A DNA stretch of 64,000 nucleotides from Candidatus Obscuribacteraceae bacterium (GCA_044226015.1 JBGAHS010000002.1:192001-256000); one strand, 5' to 3'; positions 41,396 to 51,722 are shown, numbered from the stretch's first letter. The notes: generated from the letters alone by a model not told the origin. Translations and numbers: made by a program.

Positions 41396-41971
41396 ATGTT
41401 CGAGGACTTCACATTGAAAAACATCCTTCCTGCGTTAATCGCTTTTCTGATTGCAGCCCCCGCGGCACGAGCCGACTGGTTTGCTGACTACGTAAGCTAC
41501 AAGAGTTCGCCAGACTTAGGACAAATCGTAATCGAAGCCGGAAGGGTGAGGGGGAAACACAATGTCCTCAGAGTGCACAAAACCAGAGAAGCACTCGCAG
41601 CAAAAAATGTCTTCGTCGGAGCTGGCGAAACAGACCAAACATATAAGCGTACAAGCATTGTGGGAAACCATAGGGTCAACTGCACTGTGCTCATCCACCC
41701 ACCACTGGGGCACGGTTATGGCGGCTCAAATTACACAGCCGAGCTCATCGCGAGCATTGATGGCAAGGAAAAAGTTCACTGCAATATGGGCTACCTTGCA
41801 CAGGCAAATAACCTGCACATTGAAAAGGTAGTTATCTACCCGGAAGACGAGTTCATTGAAATGAGTGCAACAGCAGGCGACATGAACAGAGCAGTGACCC
41901 CACCCGTCAAACACTGCCTATTTGATGACCCACACATCATCAGCAACGAAAGCCTATTCTTCAATCGCTGA
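41396..41971 (+). CDS. Secreted hypothetical protein
   Basis: Signal peptide ending ARA. Confidence 0.7.
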   Translation: MFEDFTLKNILPALIAFLIAAPAARADWFADYVSYKSSPDLGQIVIEAGRVRGKHNVLRVHKTREALAAKNVFVGAGETDQTYKRTSIVGNHRVNCTVLIHPPLGHGYGGSNYTAELIASIDGKEKVHCNMGYLAQANNLHIEKVVIYPEDEFIEMSATAGDMNRAVTPPVKHCLFDDPHIISNESLFFNR

Positions 41972-41973
41972 AT

Positions 41974-43383
41974 TTAGAGAGTTCCACAACAGGTTTTATT
42001 GAAGGTCTCAAAAAGCGCAGAGGCTTCCTCTATCTTTTTCTTGTTATTCGTTTTGATGAGAAAACTCTGGTACGCCTCATAAGCACGTTTAACTTCGTAG
42101 GCAGAGCGACTGAGCTTGCTCTTCTCTTCTGCTGTAAGCTTGTCGATACCTGTTTCATCGCGATCTTCAAAAACCGGACCACTCAATTCTCGTGGGCGTG
42201 CATGTTCATCAGCTTCTTTCGCAAATGCAGTTTCTAAGCCGAAACAAACATTGGCTCGATGAAAAAGATTGCACTCTTTAAGGACATAATAGTGTGTGAT
42301 CAAATTGTTGACGAGAGACTTATTGGCAGCGAGCAATTCATAGAACAATGTGGGGTCATCCGAAAGCTTTCGGATGACGTATTGCTTTGGACCTTGACGC
42401 TTGCTATCCAGGTCTGAAAATGCTCTAAGAAGCTCTACCTTATGCTCAGACCGTTTCTCCATCTTGGTCTTCCATTCCTCATACAAAGACTTAGCAGCGG
42501 AGTCACGCTTTGTTTCATAGTAGACCTCAGCAAGCAGAGCCACCATCGCACCACATTTAGTATCAGGAAAAGATTCCGCCTCTTCCTTTGCGAGCATGGC
42601 GCTGCAGAGCTTCTCGACTGCTGAATAATCTTTCTGCGCCAGATAAGCTTTGCCGAGATAGAATTCAACAGAGAATAGCTTGCTTTCAGTGCCTGGCTGT
42701 TTTTGATTCAGCAGAAGAGCACGAGCTTCAAGCAAATTTTCTATAGCTTCTGCTGCCTTGCCCCGCTCTTCTTGCAACATTCCAAGGTAAGCGAGAATTC
42801 TTGCTATCATTTGTTCATCTGACTGAGTGCCCTGATTTGCGAGTCGAAGAGCCTCCTGGGCAATAGCAACGCTAACGCTATAGCTGTCTAGAACCATTGG
42901 TGATGAAGTTGCAAGATCAAGAAGATTCGCAAGATAGTCTCCTTTTGGATTTTTCCCTGACCACTCGGTTCTCACCGATTCAAAACAAATAGCAGCGTTC
43001 GACTTATCACCAATAACATCATAGCTTGCGGCAATCAATGCAAGTTCATAGGACTCAGGTGCGGCTGTTGCTGCGGCTGTTGCTGCGGATGTTGCTTTAT
43101 ACAATGCGAGAGCCTTATCAACATAGGCGTGGGCAGCTCTTTTGTCTCGTTTTACATAACACAAATTCAACGCATATTTCAGGTTCGACTCAATTCGTTC
43201 GCTCACGGTGCCGGAAGATTTGACCTGATTCAAATCAAACTCGCGATCTGCCTTACTAATAGAATCAGGATTTTTGTTTGCCGTCATTTCTGCTTCTCCA
43301 GCAAAAGCTCCACAAGACTGAATCATGAGCATTGCTGCCAGTGAAACAACAGATTTGAGTAGATTAGTAGCGCCGGTTTTCAT
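41974..43383 (-). CDS. Secreted degenerate TPR/helical-repeat protein
   Basis: Signal peptide from ATG 43383; TPR-like helices (ARILAYLGMLQEERGKAAEA). Confidence 0.7.
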   Translation of the reverse strand: MKTGATNLLKSVVSLAAMLMIQSCGAFAGEAEMTANKNPDSISKADREFDLNQVKSSGTVSERIESNLKYALNLCYVKRDKRAAHAYVDKALALYKATSAATAAATAAPESYELALIAASYDVIGDKSNAAICFESVRTEWSGKNPKGDYLANLLDLATSSPMVLDSYSVSVAIAQEALRLANQGTQSDEQMIARILAYLGMLQEERGKAAEAIENLLEARALLLNQKQPGTESKLFSVEFYLGKAYLAQKDYSAVEKLCSAMLAKEEAESFPDTKCGAMVALLAEVYYETKRDSAAKSLYEEWKTKMEKRSEHKVELLRAFSDLDSKRQGPKQYVIRKLSDDPTLFYELLAANKSLVNNLITHYYVLKECNLFHRANVCFGLETAFAKEADEHARPRELSGPVFEDRDETGIDKLTAEEKSKLSRSAYEVKRAYEAYQSFLIKTNNKKKIEEASALFETFNKTCCGTL

Positions 43384-43663
43384 GATATTTCTCGCTTGGA
43401 ACACAAGAACATCTATTATGAAGTGAGGGAATTTAGCGTGCCTGGGGTTACAGTTAAGCATCTGTTTTATATTTGCACGTTTACGCAAAAGCAATGCTCA
43501 ATTCAACGGTAGAGACTGGTAAAGCACACATTTAAACCAGCCACTCCAGGTATTAAATTCGTAGACAGGTTGAATTGATGGCTGGAAACAGGAAGGCACT
43601 GTTCCAGCAATGTATGGCGAAAAGCCGCTTGACTGGAGCTAAGCGCGAAAGCGGAGGCTCTAT

Positions 43664-44923
43664 ATGACCAATAACAGACCAGAAGAATTCGAATCCAAAG
43701 AAAAGTCCGTAGACAATCTCGCTGATGCGGCGCTGGCAAATATCTATAACGAAATAAACTCCGATAGAAGCCGAGCGCAGACGTCACCCTCGGATATTTC
43801 GAATCTGCCCAAAATGACAATTGAAGATTCGAACAAGTCCGATATAGGCAACAAAGTTCCAAGCCTATCAAACTTACTAAGAAACCCACAACAAATAGAA
43901 AAATCGCAAACTCCATCGCAAAGCGATGCTTTGAATAAGTCGCCAAACAAAAAGGAACATATAGATAGTCGTTCGCATTCCGTCGATAAGAACGCGCCAA
44001 TTCAAAATAGAATCAAGGAAACACTTACTAATCCAAGCTCGACCGACCAGTCATCGGAGACAAAGAAGCCTCAACGAAAACCAGAGACCAACCCAGCCGA
44101 CGTCAGTGCAAAGGATTCAGGCTCCCATCCAAATCAAAAGCCAAAGGGAAGCGAAATGCCAATGCCTTCTAAAATCGAAAATCAAGCCGAGGAAAAAGGT
44201 CTTGGTCTGAACAATCACATTGAGGCAGGTAAAATCTCGCAGAAACCGGAAACAAAAAAGAGTCCAGAATCCGGCTCTGATATCTTGAATCAAAAATCTG
44301 ATACCTTGCCCAAACTTACAATTGAGGACAAATCAAACTCGACAAATAAAGTTGATAAGGACTCCATTGACAGGTCCGAAAAAAAAACGAACCTAGATGA
44401 TTCAAAAAGTAGCACTGAGTCAGATTCGAAAAACCAGGAAAGCACCGACGACGCTGAGCTGAAAGAACTCGAGGAAGAAGAAAAGAAGGAAGCGGAAGCC
44501 GCACGTCAAGAGATGCAAGAGGCTACTGAGCTTGCAAAAGAACACTTGCAAGCTGCAGAGGACATGCTGAAAAAAGGTGATTATGCAGGGTTGATGAAAC
44601 TGGCATCAGAACTCGAAGACAAAAAGAACAACGGTTCGCTGGCACTTGCTAGATTAATTGCAAAAGACACTGGAGTTCATATCAGCTTCCTTGGCGGCGG
44701 CAAGGGCGGCATGAGCATTAATTTTGACCACAAGGGATTTGAGCCACATGTTTCTGACGCAATTCGCAGCTGGAAAACTGTTGAAGTAGATAGAAACGGA
44801 AAAGCAATAGAAGCCTACCAGAGCGCAGAAGGCGGATATCTGGGAATCAGCAAGAAGGAGAAGCTTGATCTATCAGCAACTCAAGCTGAACTTGACGCAC
44901 TCTTGAAAAAGGCGAAGCGCTAA
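43664..44923 (+). CDS. Hypothetical protein, disordered N-terminal two-thirds plus small C-terminal domain
   Basis: GGAGG RBS; Ser/Lys/Glu/Asn-rich; LPK(M/L)TIED occurs twice. Confidence 0.7.
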   Translation: MTNNRPEEFESKEKSVDNLADAALANIYNEINSDRSRAQTSPSDISNLPKMTIEDSNKSDIGNKVPSLSNLLRNPQQIEKSQTPSQSDALNKSPNKKEHIDSRSHSVDKNAPIQNRIKETLTNPSSTDQSSETKKPQRKPETNPADVSAKDSGSHPNQKPKGSEMPMPSKIENQAEEKGLGLNNHIEAGKISQKPETKKSPESGSDILNQKSDTLPKLTIEDKSNSTNKVDKDSIDRSEKKTNLDDSKSSTESDSKNQESTDDAELKELEEEEKKEAEAARQEMQEATELAKEHLQAAEDMLKKGDYAGLMKLASELEDKKNNGSLALARLIAKDTGVHISFLGGGKGGMSINFDHKGFEPHVSDAIRSWKTVEVDRNGKAIEAYQSAEGGYLGISKKEKLDLSATQAELDALLKKAKR

Positions 44924-45088
44924 TTGATGGGCAACAAGTCCAGGGGCACCGCTGTTTCTCTGGCTAACTACCGATTCCGGGTGCCTTCTATGGGCGCTCC
45001 CGCGCTCTAAGCCTGGGCATGCCATCATGATATGGCTCCTGGACGAGCCTTTTAGCAATCCCGTAGCAAGCCATGTGGTGGGCTAAGA

Positions 45089-45113
45089 GCCGGCTGGAAG
45101 CCGGCGCCCCAGG
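45089..45113. repeat. REP-like palindrome
   Basis: GCCGGC-TGGAA-GCCGGC-GCCCCAGG; flanked by a 17-bp direct repeat at 45002 and 45127. Confidence 0.55.
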
Positions 45114-45408
45114 AGCTCCCGGAATTGCGCTCTAAGCCTGGGCGTGCTGAGAGCGCACTGGTATTTTTAGGAATGATCGCAGCATCATGAGGACCAACGT
45201 AAACGCGCTGGTCCTCTTCAATTCAACACTTTAAAAATAGAAAGGATGCACTCGTAGTCTGCATCCTTGTAAGGCATCAGGTGCCAGTTAGGGGACATTG
45301 AGCCCTATTGATTTCTATACTACCTGATGCATGTCGATAAGGCTACCTTGACAAAGCGAGTCTAATCTTAAATTTCTTCGGAGCTTCCGTATTTCGTCTG
45401 AATACTCG

Positions 45409-47124
45409 ATGAATGCTAGAATCCCAGGTACAGACCAAAGGATCACGCGAATTAGCTCCGACGTTAAGGGCATAGACAGCAACTGTGGCACAGCCAGCTC
45501 ATCAAAGAAACCGGCTGCGGCTTTAATCTATCCATTAATTGTGTTGGGTGCTGGCTTACTAACCTACTTGCCATGGCTGGGAAGTTATGGGTTGCTTGAT
45601 CCAACAGATAGCTTCTTCCTGGAATCAGGAAGAGAAATAATTGAGACGCAAAAGTATTTGCTTCCCATAAATAACTATGAGCCCTGGCTAGATAAGCCGA
45701 TTCTGTTTTTCTGGCTTGTTGTCGCGAGTTTTAAGGCTTTTGGCATTCAGATGTTTGCTGGTAGATTGCCCGCCGCGTTGTCCGCCATTGCGTGTTCTTT
45801 GATAATTTATGGTGGCACGCGCCCTATCCTTACACGACCTGCGGCTGCGCTTGCCGCGATAATCTTCCTTTCCTGCCCGCTTGTCTCAATAATCGGGCAT
45901 GTCTGCCTGACAGACATGACATTGTGCGCTCTGATTACAGGCACAATCCTTTATCTCTTCAAAGGACTAGTTGAGCGCAGCAAGACTCAACTCATAATCG
46001 GGTACTTGTTTGCTGCACTGGCATTTTTGTGCAAGGGTCCAATTGCGCTAATCATTTGCGGGATGGCACTATTTCCCTTTGTGGCATCGATCAGCCGCAG
46101 CATCCCACTGTTCTTCCAATACTTCCTAAGTTTCAGACCACTAATGGGATTGCTCATCGTTGCGATCATCAACCTACCCTGGTATATCCTGGCCGAGATT
46201 GAAAGCGGGTACAAGTTTTGGTACGCCTTTTTCTACCAGCAAAACTTCGGCAGAATGGTTGGAACAGTTAATCATCAAGGTCCGTTCTGGTTCTACATCC
46301 CAGTGTTTTTCGGTGGATTTTTCCCATGGTGCCTTTTTCTAATTTCTGGTTTTGGAATTTTCAAAAAAAGTTTTGAGCAGAAAATGGAGGAGAAGAGCAG
46401 ATTCAGGCAGTTATTGCGGCTTTGCGTTTTCTGGTTTCTAACAGTTATGATTCTGTTTTCTGCCATCAAGACTAAGCTACCGACATATATTCTGCCATGC
46501 TTGCCGGCCTTCGCGATTCTGGTAGCAATGCAGCTACAAATCATCGCGAGAAGCGGGAAAAAGATGGCGTTGCTAGTTCCTACCGCTATACTAAGCCTGG
46601 CATTTCCAGTTGCAGTGCTGATTACGCCGTCGTTGAAATCATATATCAAGCCCCTGATGATTGACCACGCATGGCTCCTGGCACCATCTGCGGTATTACT
46701 GTTATTCTGCTGGCTAAGCCTGGTCAAAAAACAATTCGGCAGATATGCCGTGTCGGTTAGCCTCATGGCGCTTCTTGCTTGCGGCACAATGGTTCCACAC
46801 GGGCTTCAAAGCTTTTACAAAGAGAAGCAGATTGGTTTTGGCAAACTTGTTCTAAAAGCGAAGAATGACAATGCTTCAGTTGCAATGATTTTTGCGGAGG
46901 AACCTTCTGTACCCTGGGTAATACATAAGCCAGTTTCCCGCTTGCTAAACAGCAAAGACGCCAAGCTTTTCCTTGATAGCAAACCGAAGCCTCACTATGT
47001 TCTAGTACAAACGGCAGTGCTTCCTCGACTAGACTGGTTCCCTAATGTAAGAGCGCAAATCTTGATGCAAGAAGGAAAATGGTATCTAATCGATGTCGAT
47101 GAACGCGTAGACAAATCGAGGTAA
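45409..47124 (+). CDS. ArnT/PMT-family (GT-C) glycosyltransferase
   Basis: LLDPTDSFF, WLDKPILFFW, FLCKGP, HQGPFWFY, KTKLPTYILP; many TMs. Confidence 0.9.
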   Translation: MNARIPGTDQRITRISSDVKGIDSNCGTASSSKKPAAALIYPLIVLGAGLLTYLPWLGSYGLLDPTDSFFLESGREIIETQKYLLPINNYEPWLDKPILFFWLVVASFKAFGIQMFAGRLPAALSAIACSLIIYGGTRPILTRPAAALAAIIFLSCPLVSIIGHVCLTDMTLCALITGTILYLFKGLVERSKTQLIIGYLFAALAFLCKGPIALIICGMALFPFVASISRSIPLFFQYFLSFRPLMGLLIVAIINLPWYILAEIESGYKFWYAFFYQQNFGRMVGTVNHQGPFWFYIPVFFGGFFPWCLFLISGFGIFKKSFEQKMEEKSRFRQLLRLCVFWFLTVMILFSAIKTKLPTYILPCLPAFAILVAMQLQIIARSGKKMALLVPTAILSLAFPVAVLITPSLKSYIKPLMIDHAWLLAPSAVLLLFCWLSLVKKQFGRYAVSVSLMALLACGTMVPHGLQSFYKEKQIGFGKLVLKAKNDNASVAMIFAEEPSVPWVIHKPVSRLLNSKDAKLFLDSKPKPHYVLVQTAVLPRLDWFPNVRAQILMQEGKWYLIDVDERVDKSR

Positions 47125-47131
47125 AACATAA

Positions 47132-49231
47132 ATGGGCTGGCCCACACCTCAAGACTACAATGAAGCAATTCAAAATACACAAATCTGTTTCTTTGACTCT
47201 GAACTCAAAAACGGAGTGGTGCAACTAAATAAGTTAGGCATCCCAGCTTCTATTACGGGTTCTTTTGCCAGCGTTTACTCGGTGAGCACAGACAAACATA
47301 GATATGCAGTTCGTTGTCTATTGCACGACTTCCCTGATCAGCAGTTACGCTACGAAAGATTGAGCAAAGCAATTTGCTCTGACTCATTAGAATACACAAC
47401 AGATTTTGAATACCAAAAGGAAGGCATCAAGGTTGGAAATAAGGCTTTCCCGATTGTAAAAATGCTCTGGATTGCCGGTGAAAACCTTGACCTGTACATC
47501 GAAAAAAACTACAGCAAACCAAAAAAAGTAAAAGCTCTTCGTAACGACTTCCTTTCGATGTCTCGAGCATTGATGAATGAGGGATTCGCTCATGGAGACC
47601 TCCAACACGGCAACATCATAATGACGAAAGATGGTATACGCCTGGTTGATTACGATGGCATGTTCGTGCCGTCACTGACTGGTTTGTTGAGCAATGAACT
47701 CGGGCATCGCAACTATCAACACCCGGGCAGGACAAAACATCACTTTGGACCGTACCTGGATAATTTTTCGGCATGGGTAATTGATACGACACTGTTTTGT
47801 CTTGAATTGGATCCAACGCTCTACGAGAAATGGCATACGGGAAATGAAGCCATCATATTCGAGCAGAAAGACTTCCAAAATCCACAGAGCAGTGAGTTAT
47901 TTGCTGCTTTAGAAACTCATGATTCAGAAGAGATAAGAAATGCGAGCCGCCAACTTCGCACCATCATTAATTGCCTGGTTTCAAATGTCCCCGGTGTTTT
48001 TGATGAAGTTCCCTTAGCGGATGAACTTGAAATTGTATTGAAGAAACGCAAACAAGCAGCCCTGGCGGCCGAGTGGAAAGCAGCAGAGGAAATGCTAGAG
48101 AAGCAGAGAGAACTCGACAAAGAAGCACTCAGGTTAACGCAAACAGAACAAGACGAACTGCGCGAAAAACTGAAAACAATTGAGCATGACAAACCTGAAT
48201 GGCTCAAGGATGCAGAAAACCTTATGGATATCGATGCTGAAAACTTGATGGGGATCGAACACAACAAGGATAGGATTTCCGCACAAAAGAATCAAACATC
48301 GCAAAATCCTGCAGCACTGAAAGCAGTGTCCTTACTTACATCAAAAGAAATGTATGCAAAAGAAATCAAATATTCAGACGACTTAGAACTTGTATTTCCA
48401 GATTTAATTGTCGAAAAAGACGAAGCTGGTGAAATCAAAGACTATGGCTCAAACAACGCAGTTTATAAAATCACATACGCTACTAACACTTTCGCGTTGA
48501 AGTTTTTTGCAGCAAATGCGGAAGAGCTGACCCAAAGGTATAGTGCTCTATCCAATCATTTGGACAATGCGCACCCTTCATTACAAGACGTCCTGCTCAA
48601 GCCAGTCGTCCATGAGCAGCTGCTCACTCACCAGGGTACCAAACTACCTGGAATTCAGATGCCATGGCTTTGGGGAGCGGAGAATTTAGGCCATTTTATT
48701 CGTGTGAATAAGCCCGACTTCGATTACTCGGTGCTTACAAGTTTTCGCAAAGCGATGAAAATACTTCGCTTGTGTGGAGTTGCGCACGGAAGCCTTGAAC
48801 CTTCAAATATCATGGTTGACGCGGAATATAAAATCACGTTCGTTGATTACGACAACATCTACTTTGATAAGAGCTGCAAATTACTGGAGAGCAGCAAACC
48901 TGCAGCTGAATACAGACATCCACTTTTTGATGCATCTGAGTTTGGACCATCAGCGGACAATTTTCCTGCTTGGGTGATAGATACTATGTTGATGTGCTGG
49001 TCAGCTGACCGGCGCTTGTGGCGGGAAAACGAGAATGCGCGAGGAACACTATTTTTCACCCGGGATGACTTTGCGAATCCAAATGGCTCGGAATTGATGG
49101 GTAAGTTGCTAAAACATCAGGTCTACGACTTTACTCAAAGAGCTAAGCTAATGCTACTTTTCTCAAGAATGCGCGCCGCAGATGTGCCACCACTTACACT
49201 TGATGGATTTCCTCCGCCCGGGTTTATCTGA
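47132..49231 (+). CDS. Protein with tandem kinase-like domains (active plus degenerate)
   Basis: GSFASVY, HGDLQHGNI, DYDGMF, NYQHP; second copy GSNNAVY, HGSLEPSNI, DYDNIY, EYRHP. Confidence 0.85.
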   Translation: MGWPTPQDYNEAIQNTQICFFDSELKNGVVQLNKLGIPASITGSFASVYSVSTDKHRYAVRCLLHDFPDQQLRYERLSKAICSDSLEYTTDFEYQKEGIKVGNKAFPIVKMLWIAGENLDLYIEKNYSKPKKVKALRNDFLSMSRALMNEGFAHGDLQHGNIIMTKDGIRLVDYDGMFVPSLTGLLSNELGHRNYQHPGRTKHHFGPYLDNFSAWVIDTTLFCLELDPTLYEKWHTGNEAIIFEQKDFQNPQSSELFAALETHDSEEIRNASRQLRTIINCLVSNVPGVFDEVPLADELEIVLKKRKQAALAAEWKAAEEMLEKQRELDKEALRLTQTEQDELREKLKTIEHDKPEWLKDAENLMDIDAENLMGIEHNKDRISAQKNQTSQNPAALKAVSLLTSKEMYAKEIKYSDDLELVFPDLIVEKDEAGEIKDYGSNNAVYKITYATNTFALKFFAANAEELTQRYSALSNHLDNAHPSLQDVLLKPVVHEQLLTHQGTKLPGIQMPWLWGAENLGHFIRVNKPDFDYSVLTSFRKAMKILRLCGVAHGSLEPSNIMVDAEYKITFVDYDNIYFDKSCKLLESSKPAAEYRHPLFDASEFGPSADNFPAWVIDTMLMCWSADRRLWRENENARGTLFFTRDDFANPNGSELMGKLLKHQVYDFTQRAKLMLLFSRMRAADVPPLTLDGFPPPGFI

Positions 49232-49243
49232 GGCGAGTTTCGG

Positions 49244-49738
49244 AAAATTCTTCGCGCCACTTGGCTGGCAGAAAAACATTGAAACTCAAACGGTACCAGT
49301 CGAGTTTTCAAAAATATCTTCGCGCCCTCTTGGCTGGCAGAAAAACTTTGGAACTCCACCGGTACCGGTCCAGTTTTCAAAAATATCTTCGCGCCCTCTT
49401 GGCTGGGCAGAAAAACATTGGAACTCCACCGGTACCGGTCCAGTTTTCAAAAATATCTTCGCGTCCTCTTGGCTGGCAGAAAAACTTTGGAACTCCACCG
49501 GTACCGGTCCAGTTTTCAAAAATATCTTCGCGCCCTCTTGGCTGGCAGAAAAACTTTGAAACTCCACCGGTACCGGTCCAGTTTTCAAAAATATCTTCGC
49601 GCCCTCTTGGCTGGCAGAAAAAACTCAGTACTCCACCGGTACCGGTCCAGTTTCAAAAATATCTTCGCGCCCTCTTGGCTGGCAGAATAAACTTAGAACT
49701 ACATCGGTACCGGTCCAGTTTTCTAAAAATATCTTCGC
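49244..49738. repeat. Tandem array, ~69-bp unit, ~7 copies
   Basis: Unit AAAAATATCTTCGCGCCCTCTTGGCTGGCAGAAAAACTTTGGAACTCCACCGGTACCGGTCCAGTTTTC; periods 68-70. Confidence 0.95.
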
Positions 49739-49766
49739 CGCTGAGCGCCGAAAATTCGCTGAGAAT

Positions 49767-50162
49767 CTAAAAGGAAACACCGAAATGTTGGAGAATGAGT
49801 CCGCTGAGAAAAGACATCAAATTAGCAAACAAAACTGCCAGATAATCCTTGACCTTTTCCCTCTGAGACTGTTGCTTTACGCGTTGAAAAAGCAAGTAGA
49901 AAACAAAGCACTCAGATAAAGGCGCAAAAGCCTCCGAAACAAAAGCATAAATCGAAAACTGCTTATACGGGTCCCAAATAAGAGGAAAAATGAACACCAC
50001 AAAAGGATAGCTACATGCAGTTAACAACAGCCCTGCAAGCAGTTTTTGCTTGGTGGTATAACGTTTTCCCAGACAAATAAACAGAACAGGTGTCTCAATC
50101 AGCACGCTACTGAGATATCCTGATGAAGCCATTCGCAGCCATTCAGCCCAACTTATTTCCAC
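49767..50162 (-). CDS. Small polytopic membrane protein
   Basis: About 4 TMs (IETPVL...SYPFV...EAFAP..EC...ANLMSF); GTG start just after the upstream stop. Confidence 0.7.
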   Translation of the reverse strand: MEISWAEWLRMASSGYLSSVLIETPVLFICLGKRYTTKQKLLAGLLLTACSYPFVVFIFPLIWDPYKQFSIYAFVSEAFAPLSECFVFYLLFQRVKQQSQREKVKDYLAVLFANLMSFLSGLILQHFGVSF

Positions 50163-50163
50163 T

Positions 50164-51243
50164 TCACAAAATCCAGAGCAGGAAGGGCAATTCCGCAAGA
50201 ATGTGAAAAACTGCAATTACAAAATAGAACTCTCTGCTTGCAGAGTAATTTCCGAGAAACGCAAACCAAAAGCAGAACACCACAAGCGTAGAAAAGGCAA
50301 AAACAGCTTTGACTGCGGATTGCCGGCTTTTACTAGCGCGAGAGAACGGCATCACATGAGTTTGCGTCTTACCTCGCTCAAACAAGCGTGCAGCAAATGG
50401 AATAGCCAAAAGCCAAACACCGTAATGCAGATTCTCCAGAAAAGTATGCAATGACACCAAAAGATGCGATGAAACATTTGAAAGCAAATAAGAGCCCGCG
50501 TGCCTTGCAATTTGCGAATCAAGCGGTGTCTGCGCCGCCAAAGATGCAGTGCCGGACAATCCTGTTATCATTGCGACCACAAGTGCCGCGGCGAATAAGA
50601 GCAATCCGCGATACGCAAGAATCCATTTCGGTCTTGAACGCCGTAACTCTCGGTCAAGTACACACAACGCGATCAATGGATGCAGATAAGTCAAGCATAT
50701 CCCAAACTCTAGCGGTTTCAGTAAACTGGCGGCCGCACAAACCGAAAGAAGAATCAAACCAAAATTGCGACGCTTTAAATCCTTTTTTATTGCGCGATTA
50801 TGCTGCTCGTTTTCACCAGGCGATACTCTACTAAAGTCGCGACGCAACAAAAGAAGCGTCGCAAGCCATCCATAGAAGAGAAAAATCCAAGCTTGAAATG
50901 ATGTAATCGATGCATCATACGAGAGCAGCTCACGACGCGTGAGAATAATAAGCGCCGCATAGAGCAGCCCTAATGTTGCAACTCCCGCAAAAGAGCTGCA
51001 AAAGAAAGCTCGTAGAGGTCCAAATCGTGAAGGCAACTTTGAAAAAAAATATCTAAGTTCAATCCAATTGTGTGGTGCAGCAAATAGGAAAACCGTGCCA
51101 ATCGAAAATGCAATTGGCGCAAACGATGAAATCAGAGCAGACAGCAAAATCCAAATAGCAGCCAGAAAGAAGAAGATGGAGCTGGAATCAGCAGACCCCG
51201 ACTTCTCCGCCATTGTTGGCTCATTTTTGTAAAGGCTCTGCAA
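50164..51243 (-). CDS. Polytopic membrane protein with His motifs
   Basis: Many TMs; PHNW, YLHP, LHTFLENLHY, FHILAELP. Confidence 0.75.
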   Translation of the reverse strand: MQSLYKNEPTMAEKSGSADSSSIFFFLAAIWILLSALISSFAPIAFSIGTVFLFAAPHNWIELRYFFSKLPSRFGPLRAFFCSSFAGVATLGLLYAALIILTRRELLSYDASITSFQAWIFLFYGWLATLLLLRRDFSRVSPGENEQHNRAIKKDLKRRNFGLILLSVCAAASLLKPLEFGICLTYLHPLIALCVLDRELRRSRPKWILAYRGLLLFAAALVVAMITGLSGTASLAAQTPLDSQIARHAGSYLLSNVSSHLLVSLHTFLENLHYGVWLLAIPFAARLFERGKTQTHVMPFSRASKSRQSAVKAVFAFSTLVVFCFWFAFLGNYSASREFYFVIAVFHILAELPFLLWIL

Positions 51244-51267
51244 ATTGCACGCTCTGCTAACGCTGCT

Positions 51268-51561
51268 TTATGATTTCTCTTTGTCGCTTGTGCCCTTGTC
51301 TGCAGAGCCTTTATCGTCTTTGCTAGTTTGTTTCTCTTGTCCCTTTTCTTGCTTCTTGTCGTTCTTCTTTTCTTGCTTTTTGTCGCTCTTCTTTTCCGCT
51401 TTCTTTTCTTGCTTCTTCTCTTGCTCGCTTGGGGCAGGAGGGTCTACAGGCGGCAGCGGGCGACCATGAGGTTTGTTGGGATCGAACGGAAGCAAGTCTG
51501 CCGAAGCAGGCATTGGTGTCAAGATACTCAAAAGTAGGACAAGGGCGACTGCTAACTTCAT
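51268..51561 (-). CDS. Small secreted Lys/Glu-rich protein
   Basis: Signal peptide ending ASA; (Q/A/S/N)(E/D)KK repeats; GGAG RBS. Confidence 0.6.
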   Translation of the reverse strand: MKLAVALVLLLSILTPMPASADLLPFDPNKPHGRPLPPVDPPAPSEQEKKQEKKAEKKSDKKQEKKNDKKQEKGQEKQTSKDDKGSADKGTSDKEKS

Positions 51562-51722
51562 TTTGACGCTCCAAACATCTAACTTCTTACATGATATATC
51601 AATGCGCTGACTTGAGCAGCAGGGGATTCATTGAGCTCACGCAAGTGAATGTCGCTGTCTGACAATCTAAGCCGGCTTCCGCACTTACTTAAAGAATGAG
51701 CACGCCTTTCGCAGCAGATAGT

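Noticed and set aside
49182..49770. CRISPR array or repeat-protein ORFs in the 69-bp array
   Set aside because: There are no unique spacers or cas genes. ORFs appear in several frames and strands and shift frame with the 68/70-bp units, so they are repeat artefacts.
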